51,086 nt of DNA from Candidatus Adlerbacteria bacterium (lineage in GTDB: Bacteria; Patescibacteriota; Minisyncoccia; Phycocordibacterales; SBAW01): assembly GCA_003135635.1 (NCBI GenBank), contig PLCJ01000003.1:1-51086 (forward strand), read 5' to 3'. Below are positions 37,790 through 46,699 of the stretch, piece by piece. Numbering within the stretch: the stretch's first letter is position 1; each line of letters begins with the position of its first letter. The notes beneath the pieces are model-generated. The model was not told the origin of the DNA. It ran no database searches and saw nothing but the letters and a program-made list of their open reading frames with translations. The position numbers and the translations under genes were made by a program.

Positions 37790-37825
37790 AATATAAAATT
37801 GGTTACTTCAAACCATTTGAAATAC

Positions 37826-37855
37826 TTGACAATATACTATATTGTGGTTTATAGT
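37826..37855 (+). promoter_or_regulatory. Sigma-70 promoter TTGACA-18-TATAGT
   Basis: TTGACA 37826-31, TATAGT 37850-55. Confidence 0.75.
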
Positions 37856-37911
37856 TTACGCTAGTGAGGTCTCCTTGACTTCAGCTATCGCAGAGACCTT
37901 CTGCAAGCATC

Positions 37912-38226
37912 ATGGAGGAAAATAGGGTGTACGGTTTCATCTTTCTTAGTATCATAATGAGCCTGCTTGTTCTATGGCTGTTATGGGGCAGGTTCAGTCC
38001 ATGTCCCAACTGCAGCAGACGTCACCGACTGAAGAGTGTGTTAGTATTTCCGTCTCTTGCCGATGCCTTGAAGGCGCGTTTCGAGATCTATAATCGCACT
38101 CCTACAGGATATTTCGTTCGTACCCGTACTGCTACGGGTTGGAGGATGGCAATCGTAGAGACGCAATGTCCTAAGAATGGAGTGGGCTGGTATCCCATTT
38201 GGCACCCCTTTCTGAAAAGAGGTTAG
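37912..38226 (+). CDS. Orphan membrane-anchored protein with CxxC
   Basis: N-terminal TM helix, CPNC and a later C; has its own promoter and terminator. Confidence 0.65.
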   Translation: MEENRVYGFIFLSIIMSLLVLWLLWGRFSPCPNCSRRHRLKSVLVFPSLADALKARFEIYNRTPTGYFVRTRTATGWRMAIVETQCPKNGVGWYPIWHPFLKRG

Positions 38227-38238
38227 GGAAAAACTATC

Positions 38239-38264
38239 AGGCTACACATCATGTGTAGCCTTTT
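38239..38264 (+). terminator. Intrinsic terminator
   Basis: Perfect aggctacaca / tgtgtagcct inverted repeat followed by T-run. Confidence 0.85.
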
Positions 38265-38337
38265 CATTACATCGTCTACGATCTGCAGCAGGTATGAGGT
38301 AGGGTTAGGACTTAAATAGAATGGTAAACTTATACCA

Positions 38338-38673
38338 ATGAACTCAGGACTGCACCATCTACACACTAGAAAAAGAGTTTACAAAAACTTAGAAACATAT
38401 CCAAGTCCGCTGAAAATGCGGAGGATGTTTGATTATGTCATGTACGCTGTGGCGTTGGTGGCACCGTTCGCATTGTTTCCACAAGTACTCCAAGTGTTTG
38501 AATATAAAAATGCTAGCAGTCTCTCTCTTTTAACATGGGTGCTACTTGGTGCTGGAAGCTTTCTGTGGTGTATGTATGGTCTCATGCATCATGATAGGCC
38601 TATCTTTATTACTAACCTTTTTCTCAGTATCTTGGATTTTATTATTGTTTTTGGTATCTTTTTATATCGGTAA
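38338..38673 (+). CDS. SemiSWEET/PQ-loop family small transporter
   Basis: Three TM helices with FPQV..KNASSLSLLTW..LWCMYG..PIFITN. TGgTAAACT lies 7 nt upstream. Confidence 0.8.
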   Translation: MNSGLHHLHTRKRVYKNLETYPSPLKMRRMFDYVMYAVALVAPFALFPQVLQVFEYKNASSLSLLTWVLLGAGSFLWCMYGLMHHDRPIFITNLFLSILDFIIVFGIFLYR

Positions 38674-38778
38674 TAAATAACTATGCTGTAGAGGAAGACT
38701 CGGGTAGTACACTTTTATACAAAGGGTGCTGAAAAATCTCTTCAATAAAGCTATATTTCCTGGTACTATAAGCTCTAT

Positions 38779-39744
38779 ATGGCAGAGAAAAAGAGACTTT
38801 TTACCGGACTGCAATCTTCGGGGGAACTACATATAGGCAACTATTTGGGGGCACTGAAACCCTTCGTAGAGATGTATGGCCAGTATGACAGCATGCTGAT
38901 GGTTGCAGACTATCACGCTCTCACGTCGCTCAAGGATCCAGATCAGCTACGGAAAAATATTTTTGACACTGTTGCAGATTACCTTGCAGCTGGCGTTACT
39001 CCTGAAAATGCAGTTATTTTCCAGCAGTCTGATGTGCCAGAACACACAGAAGCAGCATGGATTTTTGAATGCCTAGTCACGGTGCCATTTCTCATGCAGG
39101 CGCATGCCTACAAAGACAAGGTTGCAAGGGGCCTGGAGGCAAACGCAGGGCTATTCAATTATCCTATGCTTATGGCAGCCGATATCCTCCTTTATGACAC
39201 AGACATCGTGCCAATTGGACAAGATCAGCGACAGCACGTTGAGTACGCCCGGGAAGCCGCAGCAAAATTTAACAGTACGTATGGACAAACCTTCAAAGAA
39301 CCACAAGAGCTTATCCGTGCTGAAGTGGGAAATATCCCGGGTGTAGATGGCAAAAAAATGAGCAAGAGTTACAAAAACACCATACCGCTTTTTGATAGTG
39401 ACGATGCAATCAGGGGCGCAGTCATGAGTATAACAACCGATTCTACACCCGTGGGACAGCCGCTTAATCCTCAAACAGATATCGTCTTTGCACTTCACCG
39501 ACATTTCGCTAAAAACCTCCCTGATCTTGAGAAACGCTACCAAGAGGGGACTATCGGGTATAAAGAGTCAAAAGAACTGCTGGTCCAAAGTATCATTGAT
39601 ACGATAGGACCCATGCGCGAAATCCGTGCCTCACTCTCCCATGACGCAGTCAGTAAAATCCTCAAACAAGGAGCCGAAGCGGCAAGAGCACGAGCATCAC
39701 AAAAAATGAAAGACGTACGAAAGAAAATTGGCGTAACACTGTAA
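38779..39744 (+). CDS. trpS: Tryptophan--tRNA ligase
   Basis: LHIGNYLGA, YPMLMAADILLY, VPIGQDQRQH, KMSKS. Confidence 0.97.
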   Translation: MAEKKRLFTGLQSSGELHIGNYLGALKPFVEMYGQYDSMLMVADYHALTSLKDPDQLRKNIFDTVADYLAAGVTPENAVIFQQSDVPEHTEAAWIFECLVTVPFLMQAHAYKDKVARGLEANAGLFNYPMLMAADILLYDTDIVPIGQDQRQHVEYAREAAAKFNSTYGQTFKEPQELIRAEVGNIPGVDGKKMSKSYKNTIPLFDSDDAIRGAVMSITTDSTPVGQPLNPQTDIVFALHRHFAKNLPDLEKRYQEGTIGYKESKELLVQSIIDTIGPMREIRASLSHDAVSKILKQGAEAARARASQKMKDVRKKIGVTL

Positions 39745-41102
39745 TGCGTATGGAACGAACACTTATCACAGATCTTCCGAACCATATAGAGCACTCGGTC
39801 AAGATTGCTGGCTGGATAAACACGCGGCGTGACCAAGGGAAAATGGTTTTCTTTGATATTCGAGACGCAAGCGGCACAGTGCAAGGGGTCGTGCTGCCCA
39901 AAAGTGCTGCGTTTGAAGCAGCAAAAGAAATTAGATCTGAGTTTGTGGTTTCCATAGAGGGAGTGGTGAACAAGCGACCAGAAAATAACATTAATCACAA
40001 TGTCCAAAATGGCGACATCGAGCTTGAAATACAGGCTATTCAAATACTTTCCATAGCTATTGATTTGCCCTTTGAGCGTGAAGCAGAAGTTAACCTAGAC
40101 ACCTATCTTGACCATCTACCCTATACTCTGCGCAAAGGAAAAGCACAGGAAATCTTCAAGCTCCAAGCGACCATTATCGAGGCCTTCCGCGGTAGTCTCC
40201 GTAATCAGCGATTCATCGAATTTCAAGCGCCAGAACTCGTCGGCACCGATGCTGAGGGGGGAGCCGCCGCTTTTGAGGTGAAGTACTATTACGACAAGAA
40301 AGCGTACCTAGCGACAAGCCCACAGTTTTACAAACAAATCATGGTAGGGGTATTTGAGCGCGCATTTACTACAACAAAAGCGTTTCGCGGAGAAAAACAT
40401 TCGACCACAAGACATATGTCGGAATACGCTACTCTTGATTTTGAGATGGGTTTTATAGAAGACCACCGGGACGTCATGGCAACTCTTGAGACTTGCATAC
40501 GGCACGTCATTGCAGAAGTAACTAAGAAGCACACTGACACATTCAAACTACTGGGCGCAGAGCTCCCACTTCTGCCAGAAAGTATCCCTATCTTTAAATT
40601 ACAAGAAGTGCAGGAAATATTAGAAACAAAACTTGGTATGAAAGCACTCGGTGAGCCAGACCTTGAACCTGAGCACGAGCGTCAAATATGCCAGTGGGCA
40701 AAGAAAGAATATAATTCAGACTTTGTATTTGTGACTCATTACCCGGTATCAAAGCGACCGTTTTATGTTTTTGAAGATGAACAGAATCCTGGGTTTACAA
40801 AAAGTTTTGACCTCCTTTTTCGTGGACTTGAGATAACAACTGGAGGACAGCGCATACACGACTACGATGTGCTGGTTGATAAAATTGTGAAAAAAGGACT
40901 TGTACCAGAAAATTTCTCCTTCTATCTACAAGCCTTCAAAGCCGGTATGCCTCCTCACGGCGGCTGCGCCACGGGGCTCGAGCGTATCACCGCCAGGATG
41001 CTTAACCTCCCCAATATCAAAGAAGTCACCCTGTTCCCTCGTGATCTTAATCGTATTGATATATTGCTCTCAGATACCGACGATGAAGATAAAAATAACT
41101 AA
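39744..41102 (+). CDS. aspS: Aspartate--tRNA ligase, short archaeal-type (probably non-discriminating Asp/Asn)
   Basis: 452 aa with no GAD insertion; YLATSPQFYKQ, FRGEKHSTTRHMSEY, EITTGGQRIH, GMPPHGG..GLER..FPRD. Confidence 0.9.
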   Translation: MRMERTLITDLPNHIEHSVKIAGWINTRRDQGKMVFFDIRDASGTVQGVVLPKSAAFEAAKEIRSEFVVSIEGVVNKRPENNINHNVQNGDIELEIQAIQILSIAIDLPFEREAEVNLDTYLDHLPYTLRKGKAQEIFKLQATIIEAFRGSLRNQRFIEFQAPELVGTDAEGGAAAFEVKYYYDKKAYLATSPQFYKQIMVGVFERAFTTTKAFRGEKHSTTRHMSEYATLDFEMGFIEDHRDVMATLETCIRHVIAEVTKKHTDTFKLLGAELPLLPESIPIFKLQEVQEILETKLGMKALGEPDLEPEHERQICQWAKKEYNSDFVFVTHYPVSKRPFYVFEDEQNPGFTKSFDLLFRGLEITTGGQRIHDYDVLVDKIVKKGLVPENFSFYLQAFKAGMPPHGGCATGLERITARMLNLPNIKEVTLFPRDLNRIDILLSDTDDEDKNN

Positions 41103-41234
41103 CATGGCACGAAAAAAAACAATCTTGATAAATTTTCGTGAAGGGGTATCAAAATTTGTTGAAACAAAAGGGGCAGCAGGTGCACCGGTGCGACTCCTCG
41201 GTGCGTTGTGTGAGTCTTATAGTAAGTAAGTATT

Positions 41235-41963
41235 ATGGTAGGAGCAACATCTGTCGTCGTGAAAACGTCGGTCTACGAAGGGCCGCTTGATCTTTTATTG
41301 GAGCTGGTAGAAAAACGGAAGCTCCTTATCAATGACATAGCGCTCGCCGCAGTGACCGATGAATATATTGCGCGTCTCAATACACTCCCCCAACAGCCGA
41401 TAGGGGAGATGGCGCAGTTTATCTCCCTTGCCGCAACACTTCTTCTTATAAAATCTCGCTCTCTGTTGCCGCTGTTGTCGCTATCTGAAGAGGAAAATCG
41501 TGATATTAAGGAATTACAGTACCGCCTCGCGCTCTATCAGATCCTCAAAGAAACAGCACGCGAGCTTGCGGTTCAAACCCAAGCGCTCTTTCTTTATGAA
41601 GGAGAACCACCTGAACTCGAAGTAATTTTTTTGCCCGACGAAACGGTAACACCTTCTTCTTTATATGGCGCCGCGCGAGCGCTCATCGATGGTTTCTCCC
41701 AAATACCTGCACTCCCTAAAGTTGAAGTGCGCAAAGTGCTCTCGCTTGAGGAGGCTATTGAGCAGCTCTCCAAGCGGGTTTCTCGGGCGCTCAGGATGTC
41801 TTTTAGCGAGTTTGCGCAGTCAAATACATCGCGCTACGACATCATCGTAAGCTTCTTAGCCCTTTTGGAGCTTATAAAACAAGGTATAATTAGAGCCACC
41901 CAAAAAGACAAGGGTGAGATAATTCTCGAGCCTGACGCTATATCAACACCATCGTATGAATAG
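41235..41963 (+). CDS. scpA: Segregation and condensation protein A
   Basis: YEGPLDLLLEL..A..LLLIKSRSLLP..FLALLELIK. Confidence 0.93.
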   Translation: MVGATSVVVKTSVYEGPLDLLLELVEKRKLLINDIALAAVTDEYIARLNTLPQQPIGEMAQFISLAATLLLIKSRSLLPLLSLSEEENRDIKELQYRLALYQILKETARELAVQTQALFLYEGEPPELEVIFLPDETVTPSSLYGAARALIDGFSQIPALPKVEVRKVLSLEEAIEQLSKRVSRALRMSFSEFAQSNTSRYDIIVSFLALLELIKQGIIRATQKDKGEIILEPDAISTPSYE

Positions 41964-42528
41964 TACCGAGCATGCCAAAGTCCTTGAAGCGCTTCTTTTT
42001 GCGCTTGGCAAACCGCTCACCAGAAAAGAACTCTCCCAAAAGCTCAACCTCACGAGCGGAGATATAGAAGCGGCGCTTGGCCTCATTCGTGATCGGGATG
42101 GTGGGATTGTGCTTGTGGATGATGGCGTTTCTGTAGAGTTGCGTACCACCCCTGAGGCGGCGGATACAATAGAGCGACTGCGCAAGGAAGAATACACACG
42201 CGACATCGGCCGAGCGGGACTGGAAGCATTGGCAGCAATTCTCTATCGCGGCCCACTAGCGCGCAGTGAAATAGATTTCATTCGCGGGGTTAACTCTTCC
42301 CAGACATTGCGTACTCTCGTCGTGCGCGGACTTATACGCAAAGTAATGCCGCCAAATAATACACGCTCTTTTTCTTTCGAACCAACCACCGAACTTCTCG
42401 CTCAGCTTGGCGTGACACATATCTCCGATCTCCCCAATTATGCTGCCGTGCGAGAAAAGCTCACGGCGCTTGAAGCAGCGTATCGTCTCCAAGTAAGTGA
42501 GGAAAAAACTCATGAAATTCAAACCTAA
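41956..42528 (+). CDS. scpB: Segregation and condensation protein B
   Basis: LEALLFA..ALAAILYRGP..EIDFIRGVNS..L..RGLI. Confidence 0.93.
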   Translation: MNSTEHAKVLEALLFALGKPLTRKELSQKLNLTSGDIEAALGLIRDRDGGIVLVDDGVSVELRTTPEAADTIERLRKEEYTRDIGRAGLEALAAILYRGPLARSEIDFIRGVNSSQTLRTLVVRGLIRKVMPPNNTRSFSFEPTTELLAQLGVTHISDLPNYAAVREKLTALEAAYRLQVSEEKTHEIQT

Positions 42529-43408
42529 GGGCATACTTACTGCGGGACTTATCACCCTGAGTATTGTTGTCGGTATCGTTATCGTTGGGTTAAGTGGTCT
42601 CTCAGTGTTGGAGCCAACCCCCAATAAAGTGATTTCTCAGTATGTGCAGCATCCACAACCCCTAGCTCTTGATCCATCGCATATCGTGGCCAAAGCGGCA
42701 ATACTATACGATCCAACAAATAAGCAAGTTCTTTTTGAGAAAAATTCAAATGAACCACTTCCTTTGGCCTCGCTGACTAAGCTTGCAACAGCAGAGACTG
42801 CACTTGCTCAAGAGGCCCCGAATGTATCCATAACGATCACGTCAGCCGATCTTCTTCCTGGAGGGGATTGGCGATTGCACGTGGGTGATAAATTGTCTCT
42901 TTTCCAGCTGCTGCAGATGGGATTCGTGGCATCATCAAATGATGCCATGGCGGCTGTAGCGGCAAGTATGGGCCCCAATGCCGTTGAAGAGATAAATGCT
43001 ACGACTGAAAATCTAGGGCTCACCCAAATGACCTTTGCTAATCCAACCGGTCTTGATGTAAGCACCACTACTGCCGGCGCATATGGCTCTGCATATGATG
43101 TCGCACTCCTTGCGACTGATTTTTATAAAACATATCCACGTTATTTTGAGCTTACGCAGAAATCTTCAGTTTCTGTTAACGATAATGGCCGAATACTGAC
43201 TTCTCCTGCGACCGACGCACCTCTATTGTCCATTCCAAGTCTCATAGCCGCAAAAACCGGGTATACTGATCTTGCAGGGGGAAATCTGGTTGCGATATTT
43301 GATTTAGAAATTGGACATCCACTGGTTGCGGTCGTTTTGGGCTCAACCGAAACAGGACGCTTTAGTGACATTCAAACGCTCATTGCCGCCGCACAACAAT
43401 CACTATGA
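42512..43408 (+). CDS. D-Ala-D-Ala carboxypeptidase-like serine peptidase (S11)
   Basis: LASLTK (SxxK), SSN (SxN), FANPTGL and KTG motifs, with an N-terminal TM helix. Start set at ATG 42512. Confidence 0.88.
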   Translation: MKFKPKGILTAGLITLSIVVGIVIVGLSGLSVLEPTPNKVISQYVQHPQPLALDPSHIVAKAAILYDPTNKQVLFEKNSNEPLPLASLTKLATAETALAQEAPNVSITITSADLLPGGDWRLHVGDKLSLFQLLQMGFVASSNDAMAAVAASMGPNAVEEINATTENLGLTQMTFANPTGLDVSTTTAGAYGSAYDVALLATDFYKTYPRYFELTQKSSVSVNDNGRILTSPATDAPLLSIPSLIAAKTGYTDLAGGNLVAIFDLEIGHPLVAVVLGSTETGRFSDIQTLIAAAQQSL

Positions 43409-44451
43409 CCGTTAGCGTAATGCAAATCTTTATACCAGCAACCATTGCCTTTCTCATCGGCATAGCACTTACTCCATTTTTCACCCATTTTCTTTATATC
43501 AATAAGATGTGGAAGCCTAAGGGGGGCAAAGTAGCCCTCGATGGCACGCCTGCTGAGGTTTTCAACCAACTCCACGAAGAGGTGGGTGTCCCGCGTTTTG
43601 GTGGCGTCATTGTGTGGGGAAGTGTATTTCTCACCGCAGGATTATTGCAGCTTTTGTGGATATTTTTTCCAAGCGCATTTGCCTCGCTTGAATTTATTAG
43701 TCGTGATCAAACTTGGGTCCCTTTGGGAGCGTTGGCAGTAGGATCCTTTGTTGGTCTTCTTGATGATCTTTTTGAAATTAAAGGGCGGCAGGGATTGAAG
43801 TTGCGCATTCGACTAGGCATTGTAGCGATAGTTTCGCTCCTGTGTGCTTGGTGGTTCTTTGAGAAGCTCGCCGTCGTGAGTATTTCTTTTCCATTTATTG
43901 GTCATCCGCTTGAGCTGGGCATATGGTTCATCCCATTTTTTATGCTAGTTGCACTTTTTATATATGCGGGGGGTGTCATTGATGGAATTGATGGTCTTGC
44001 AGGAGGAGAGTTTTCTATAATCTTTGCAGCATACGCCAGTATTGCGTATTTTCAACATCAATACGATATTGCTTCACTGTGTGCCGCCATCACGGGAGGG
44101 CTTCTGGCATTTTTATGGTTCAATGTCCCGCCAGCGCGTTTTTATCTTTCTGAAACTGGAACTATGGGGCTTACGCTTGTGCTTACGGTAGTAGCATTTT
44201 TAACCGATGTCTTGGGTGGAGGCAGGGGAGTCACCGTACTTCCCATTATTGCTCTGCCCCTTGTGGTTACGGTTTTTTCAAATCTACTGCAAGTATTTGG
44301 AAAAAAGGCACTCAAGAGAAAGATACTGCGTATTGCGCCCCTGCACCACCATTTTGAAGCAATCGGATGGCCATCGTATAAAGTAACGATGCGGTATTGG
44401 ATCGTAGGGGTCATTGCTGCAATCATCGGCATGGCCATAGCCCTGCTATGA
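43405..44451 (+). CDS. mraY: Phospho-N-acetylmuramoyl-pentapeptide transferase
   Basis: VPRFGG, GLLDD, DGIDGLA, FNVPPARFYL, APLHHHFE; located next to ftsW and murG. Confidence 0.88.
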   Translation: MTVSVMQIFIPATIAFLIGIALTPFFTHFLYINKMWKPKGGKVALDGTPAEVFNQLHEEVGVPRFGGVIVWGSVFLTAGLLQLLWIFFPSAFASLEFISRDQTWVPLGALAVGSFVGLLDDLFEIKGRQGLKLRIRLGIVAIVSLLCAWWFFEKLAVVSISFPFIGHPLELGIWFIPFFMLVALFIYAGGVIDGIDGLAGGEFSIIFAAYASIAYFQHQYDIASLCAAITGGLLAFLWFNVPPARFYLSETGTMGLTLVLTVVAFLTDVLGGGRGVTVLPIIALPLVVTVFSNLLQVFGKKALKRKILRIAPLHHHFEAIGWPSYKVTMRYWIVGVIAAIIGMAIALL

Positions 44452-45545
44452 AAAGAGGTATCGATGTTCCGTTTCTTTTGGTGACGTGTGGACTGGTTAT
44501 TGCCGGTCTTCTTATTTTTACTTCCGCCTCACTGGGACTTTTAGCCCACAGCACTGGCTCTGCGTTTGCCTCAGCGGCAGTCAGCCAAATACTGCTTGGG
44601 CTTGTGTGTGGCGCGGTGTTATTTATTTTTTTCTCTCGTATCGATTATCGAAAATTGCGCCCCTACACGCCATACTTTTTTATCGGCGCCATGGCCCTTA
44701 CCATACTAACGTTTGTGCCACACATTGGCCTCTCGCTCAAAGGCGCATCGCGGTGGATAGAGGTGGGTAGTTTTTCTTTTCAACCAGAAGAGATTTTAAA
44801 GTTTGCAACGATTATGTTTCTCGCTGCCTACTACGCAGCACATTTCAAAGCAGTGTCCACCATTAAAGGAGGAATCTTGCCCTTGATATGTATTGCGGGG
44901 AGTGCCGCAGTAGTGCTCATTTTGCAGCCGGATGTCGCTGACGTTGTGGTGCTTGGCATAACCTCAGTAGTACTGCTATTTTCTGCGGGAGGACGCCTGA
45001 GTCACTTGTTAATTTTAGGACTTGTTGGTGTTGCAGCAATTGGTATTGCCGCATATGAAAAACCCTATGTTGCACAGCGCATCGAGACATACATCAATGG
45101 GGGGTCTGATCCCCAAGGATCTGGATGGCAAATACAGCAGGCGCTCATCGCAGTAGGCTCTGGTGGGTTAACCGGTAGGGGATTGGGCCAGGGGGTTGAG
45201 AAGTTTTCCTACCTGCCAGAGGCAACCGGTGACTCTATATTTGCTGTTGCGGGGGAGGAGTTCGGATTTATTGGCAGTGCTCTGCTTGTTTTGCTTTTTG
45301 GAATATTTGGCATTTTGGGCCTCCGCATTGCATCAAAGGCTCCCGACCCATTTGGCGGTCTTTTAGCTTCGAGTTTTACGGTGCTTATTCTTGGACAGTC
45401 ATTTTTTAACATGGCATCAATCGTGGGACTGGTCCCGCTTGTCGGAATTCCTCTTATTTTCGTATCTCACGGCGGCACGGCGCTCGCGCTCGCGCTTGCC
45501 GAGGCGGGCGTCATATTGAGTGTCTCAAGGTACATGCGAAAATAG
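44448..45545 (+). CDS. ftsW: SEDS peptidoglycan polymerase FtsW/RodA
   Basis: GASRWI..FQPEE..K, QPD, WQIQQALIAVGSGG, LPEATGDSIF, FVSHGGT. Start set at ATG 44448. FtsW over RodA is inferred from the murG adjacency. Confidence 0.88.
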   Translation: MKRGIDVPFLLVTCGLVIAGLLIFTSASLGLLAHSTGSAFASAAVSQILLGLVCGAVLFIFFSRIDYRKLRPYTPYFFIGAMALTILTFVPHIGLSLKGASRWIEVGSFSFQPEEILKFATIMFLAAYYAAHFKAVSTIKGGILPLICIAGSAAVVLILQPDVADVVVLGITSVVLLFSAGGRLSHLLILGLVGVAAIGIAAYEKPYVAQRIETYINGGSDPQGSGWQIQQALIAVGSGGLTGRGLGQGVEKFSYLPEATGDSIFAVAGEEFGFIGSALLVLLFGIFGILGLRIASKAPDPFGGLLASSFTVLILGQSFFNMASIVGLVPLVGIPLIFVSHGGTALALALAEAGVILSVSRYMRK

Positions 45546-45571
45546 AGCACATTTGTTACACTTTCTGATAC

Positions 45572-46699
45572 ATGAAGATACTTTTCACGGGCGGAGGAAC
45601 GGGAGGGCATTTCTATCCAATTATTGCTATTGCCGAAGCGATTAACGAGCTCTCCTACACACGAAAACTACTCGATCCGCAATTGTATTATGCCGCCCCT
45701 GAGCCCTACGATCGACAAATGCTTCTTGGCCAAAATATTACCTTTGTGCCTACGAGCGCGGGCAAAATGCGTCGATATTTTTCTCTGCTCAATATCCTCG
45801 ATTGGTTTAAAACTGCCTGGGGTATCATACGGTCCATTGTGCGTATTTTCTTTTTATATCCTGACGTAATTTTCGGGAAGGGTGGCTATGCAAGTTTCCC
45901 GACACTCCTTGCCGCACGCATATTTAATATTCCCGTTGTTATCCATGAGAGCGACTCCGTGCCCGGCAAGGTTAATCGGTGGGCAGGACGGTTTGCAAAA
46001 AAAATCGCCATCTCATATCCTGAAGCAGCAGAATTTTTCCCGAAAGAGAGGGTTGCATTTACGGGAAATCCCATTCGTAAGGCAATACTTTTCCCTGCAC
46101 GCGAAGGAGCAGTAGAATTTCTAAAACTTGATCCGACCGTGCCTCTTATACTGGTACTCGGCGGTTCACAGGGTGCCACCGCACTCAACGAGGTAGTACT
46201 GGGAGCACTTCTTGAACTCGTCAAAACATACCAAATCGTACACCAAGTCGGTACTACAAACCTCGAAGAAGTTCAAGGAAGGGCGAAGATTATTCTTGAA
46301 AATTCTGAGAATGCTAATCATTACAAACCATTTGCATACCTTAACGACCTTGCTATGCGGATGAGTGCGGGTGTAGCGACACTGGTAATTTCTCGCGCTG
46401 GCTCAACTATTTTTGAAATTGCTGCTTGGGGATTACCCTCTATCATCGTGCCGCTGCCGTCTTCTGCTGAGGATCATCAAACCAAGAATGCGTTCTCCTA
46501 CGCACGTTCAGGCGCGTGCTCGGTTATAGAGCAAAATAATTTAACGCCGACGTTAGTAGTTTCTGAGGTGCACCGCATACTTAACAATCCCGAAATTCAG
46601 CAGCGCATGAGCGAAGGAGCAAAAAGCTTCGCTCGAGAAGATGCCCCGAAACTTATAGCAGAAGCCTTGGTTGATATCGGACTTTCGCATGAATCCTAA
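45572..46699 (+). CDS. murG: MurG glycosyltransferase
   Basis: GGGTGGHFYP, GKGGYASFP, HESD, GNPIR, GGSQGA, SRAGSTIFE, HQTKNA. Confidence 0.96.
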   Translation: MKILFTGGGTGGHFYPIIAIAEAINELSYTRKLLDPQLYYAAPEPYDRQMLLGQNITFVPTSAGKMRRYFSLLNILDWFKTAWGIIRSIVRIFFLYPDVIFGKGGYASFPTLLAARIFNIPVVIHESDSVPGKVNRWAGRFAKKIAISYPEAAEFFPKERVAFTGNPIRKAILFPAREGAVEFLKLDPTVPLILVLGGSQGATALNEVVLGALLELVKTYQIVHQVGTTNLEEVQGRAKIILENSENANHYKPFAYLNDLAMRMSAGVATLVISRAGSTIFEIAAWGLPSIIVPLPSSAEDHQTKNAFSYARSGACSVIEQNNLTPTLVVSEVHRILNNPEIQQRMSEGAKSFAREDAPKLIAEALVDIGLSHES

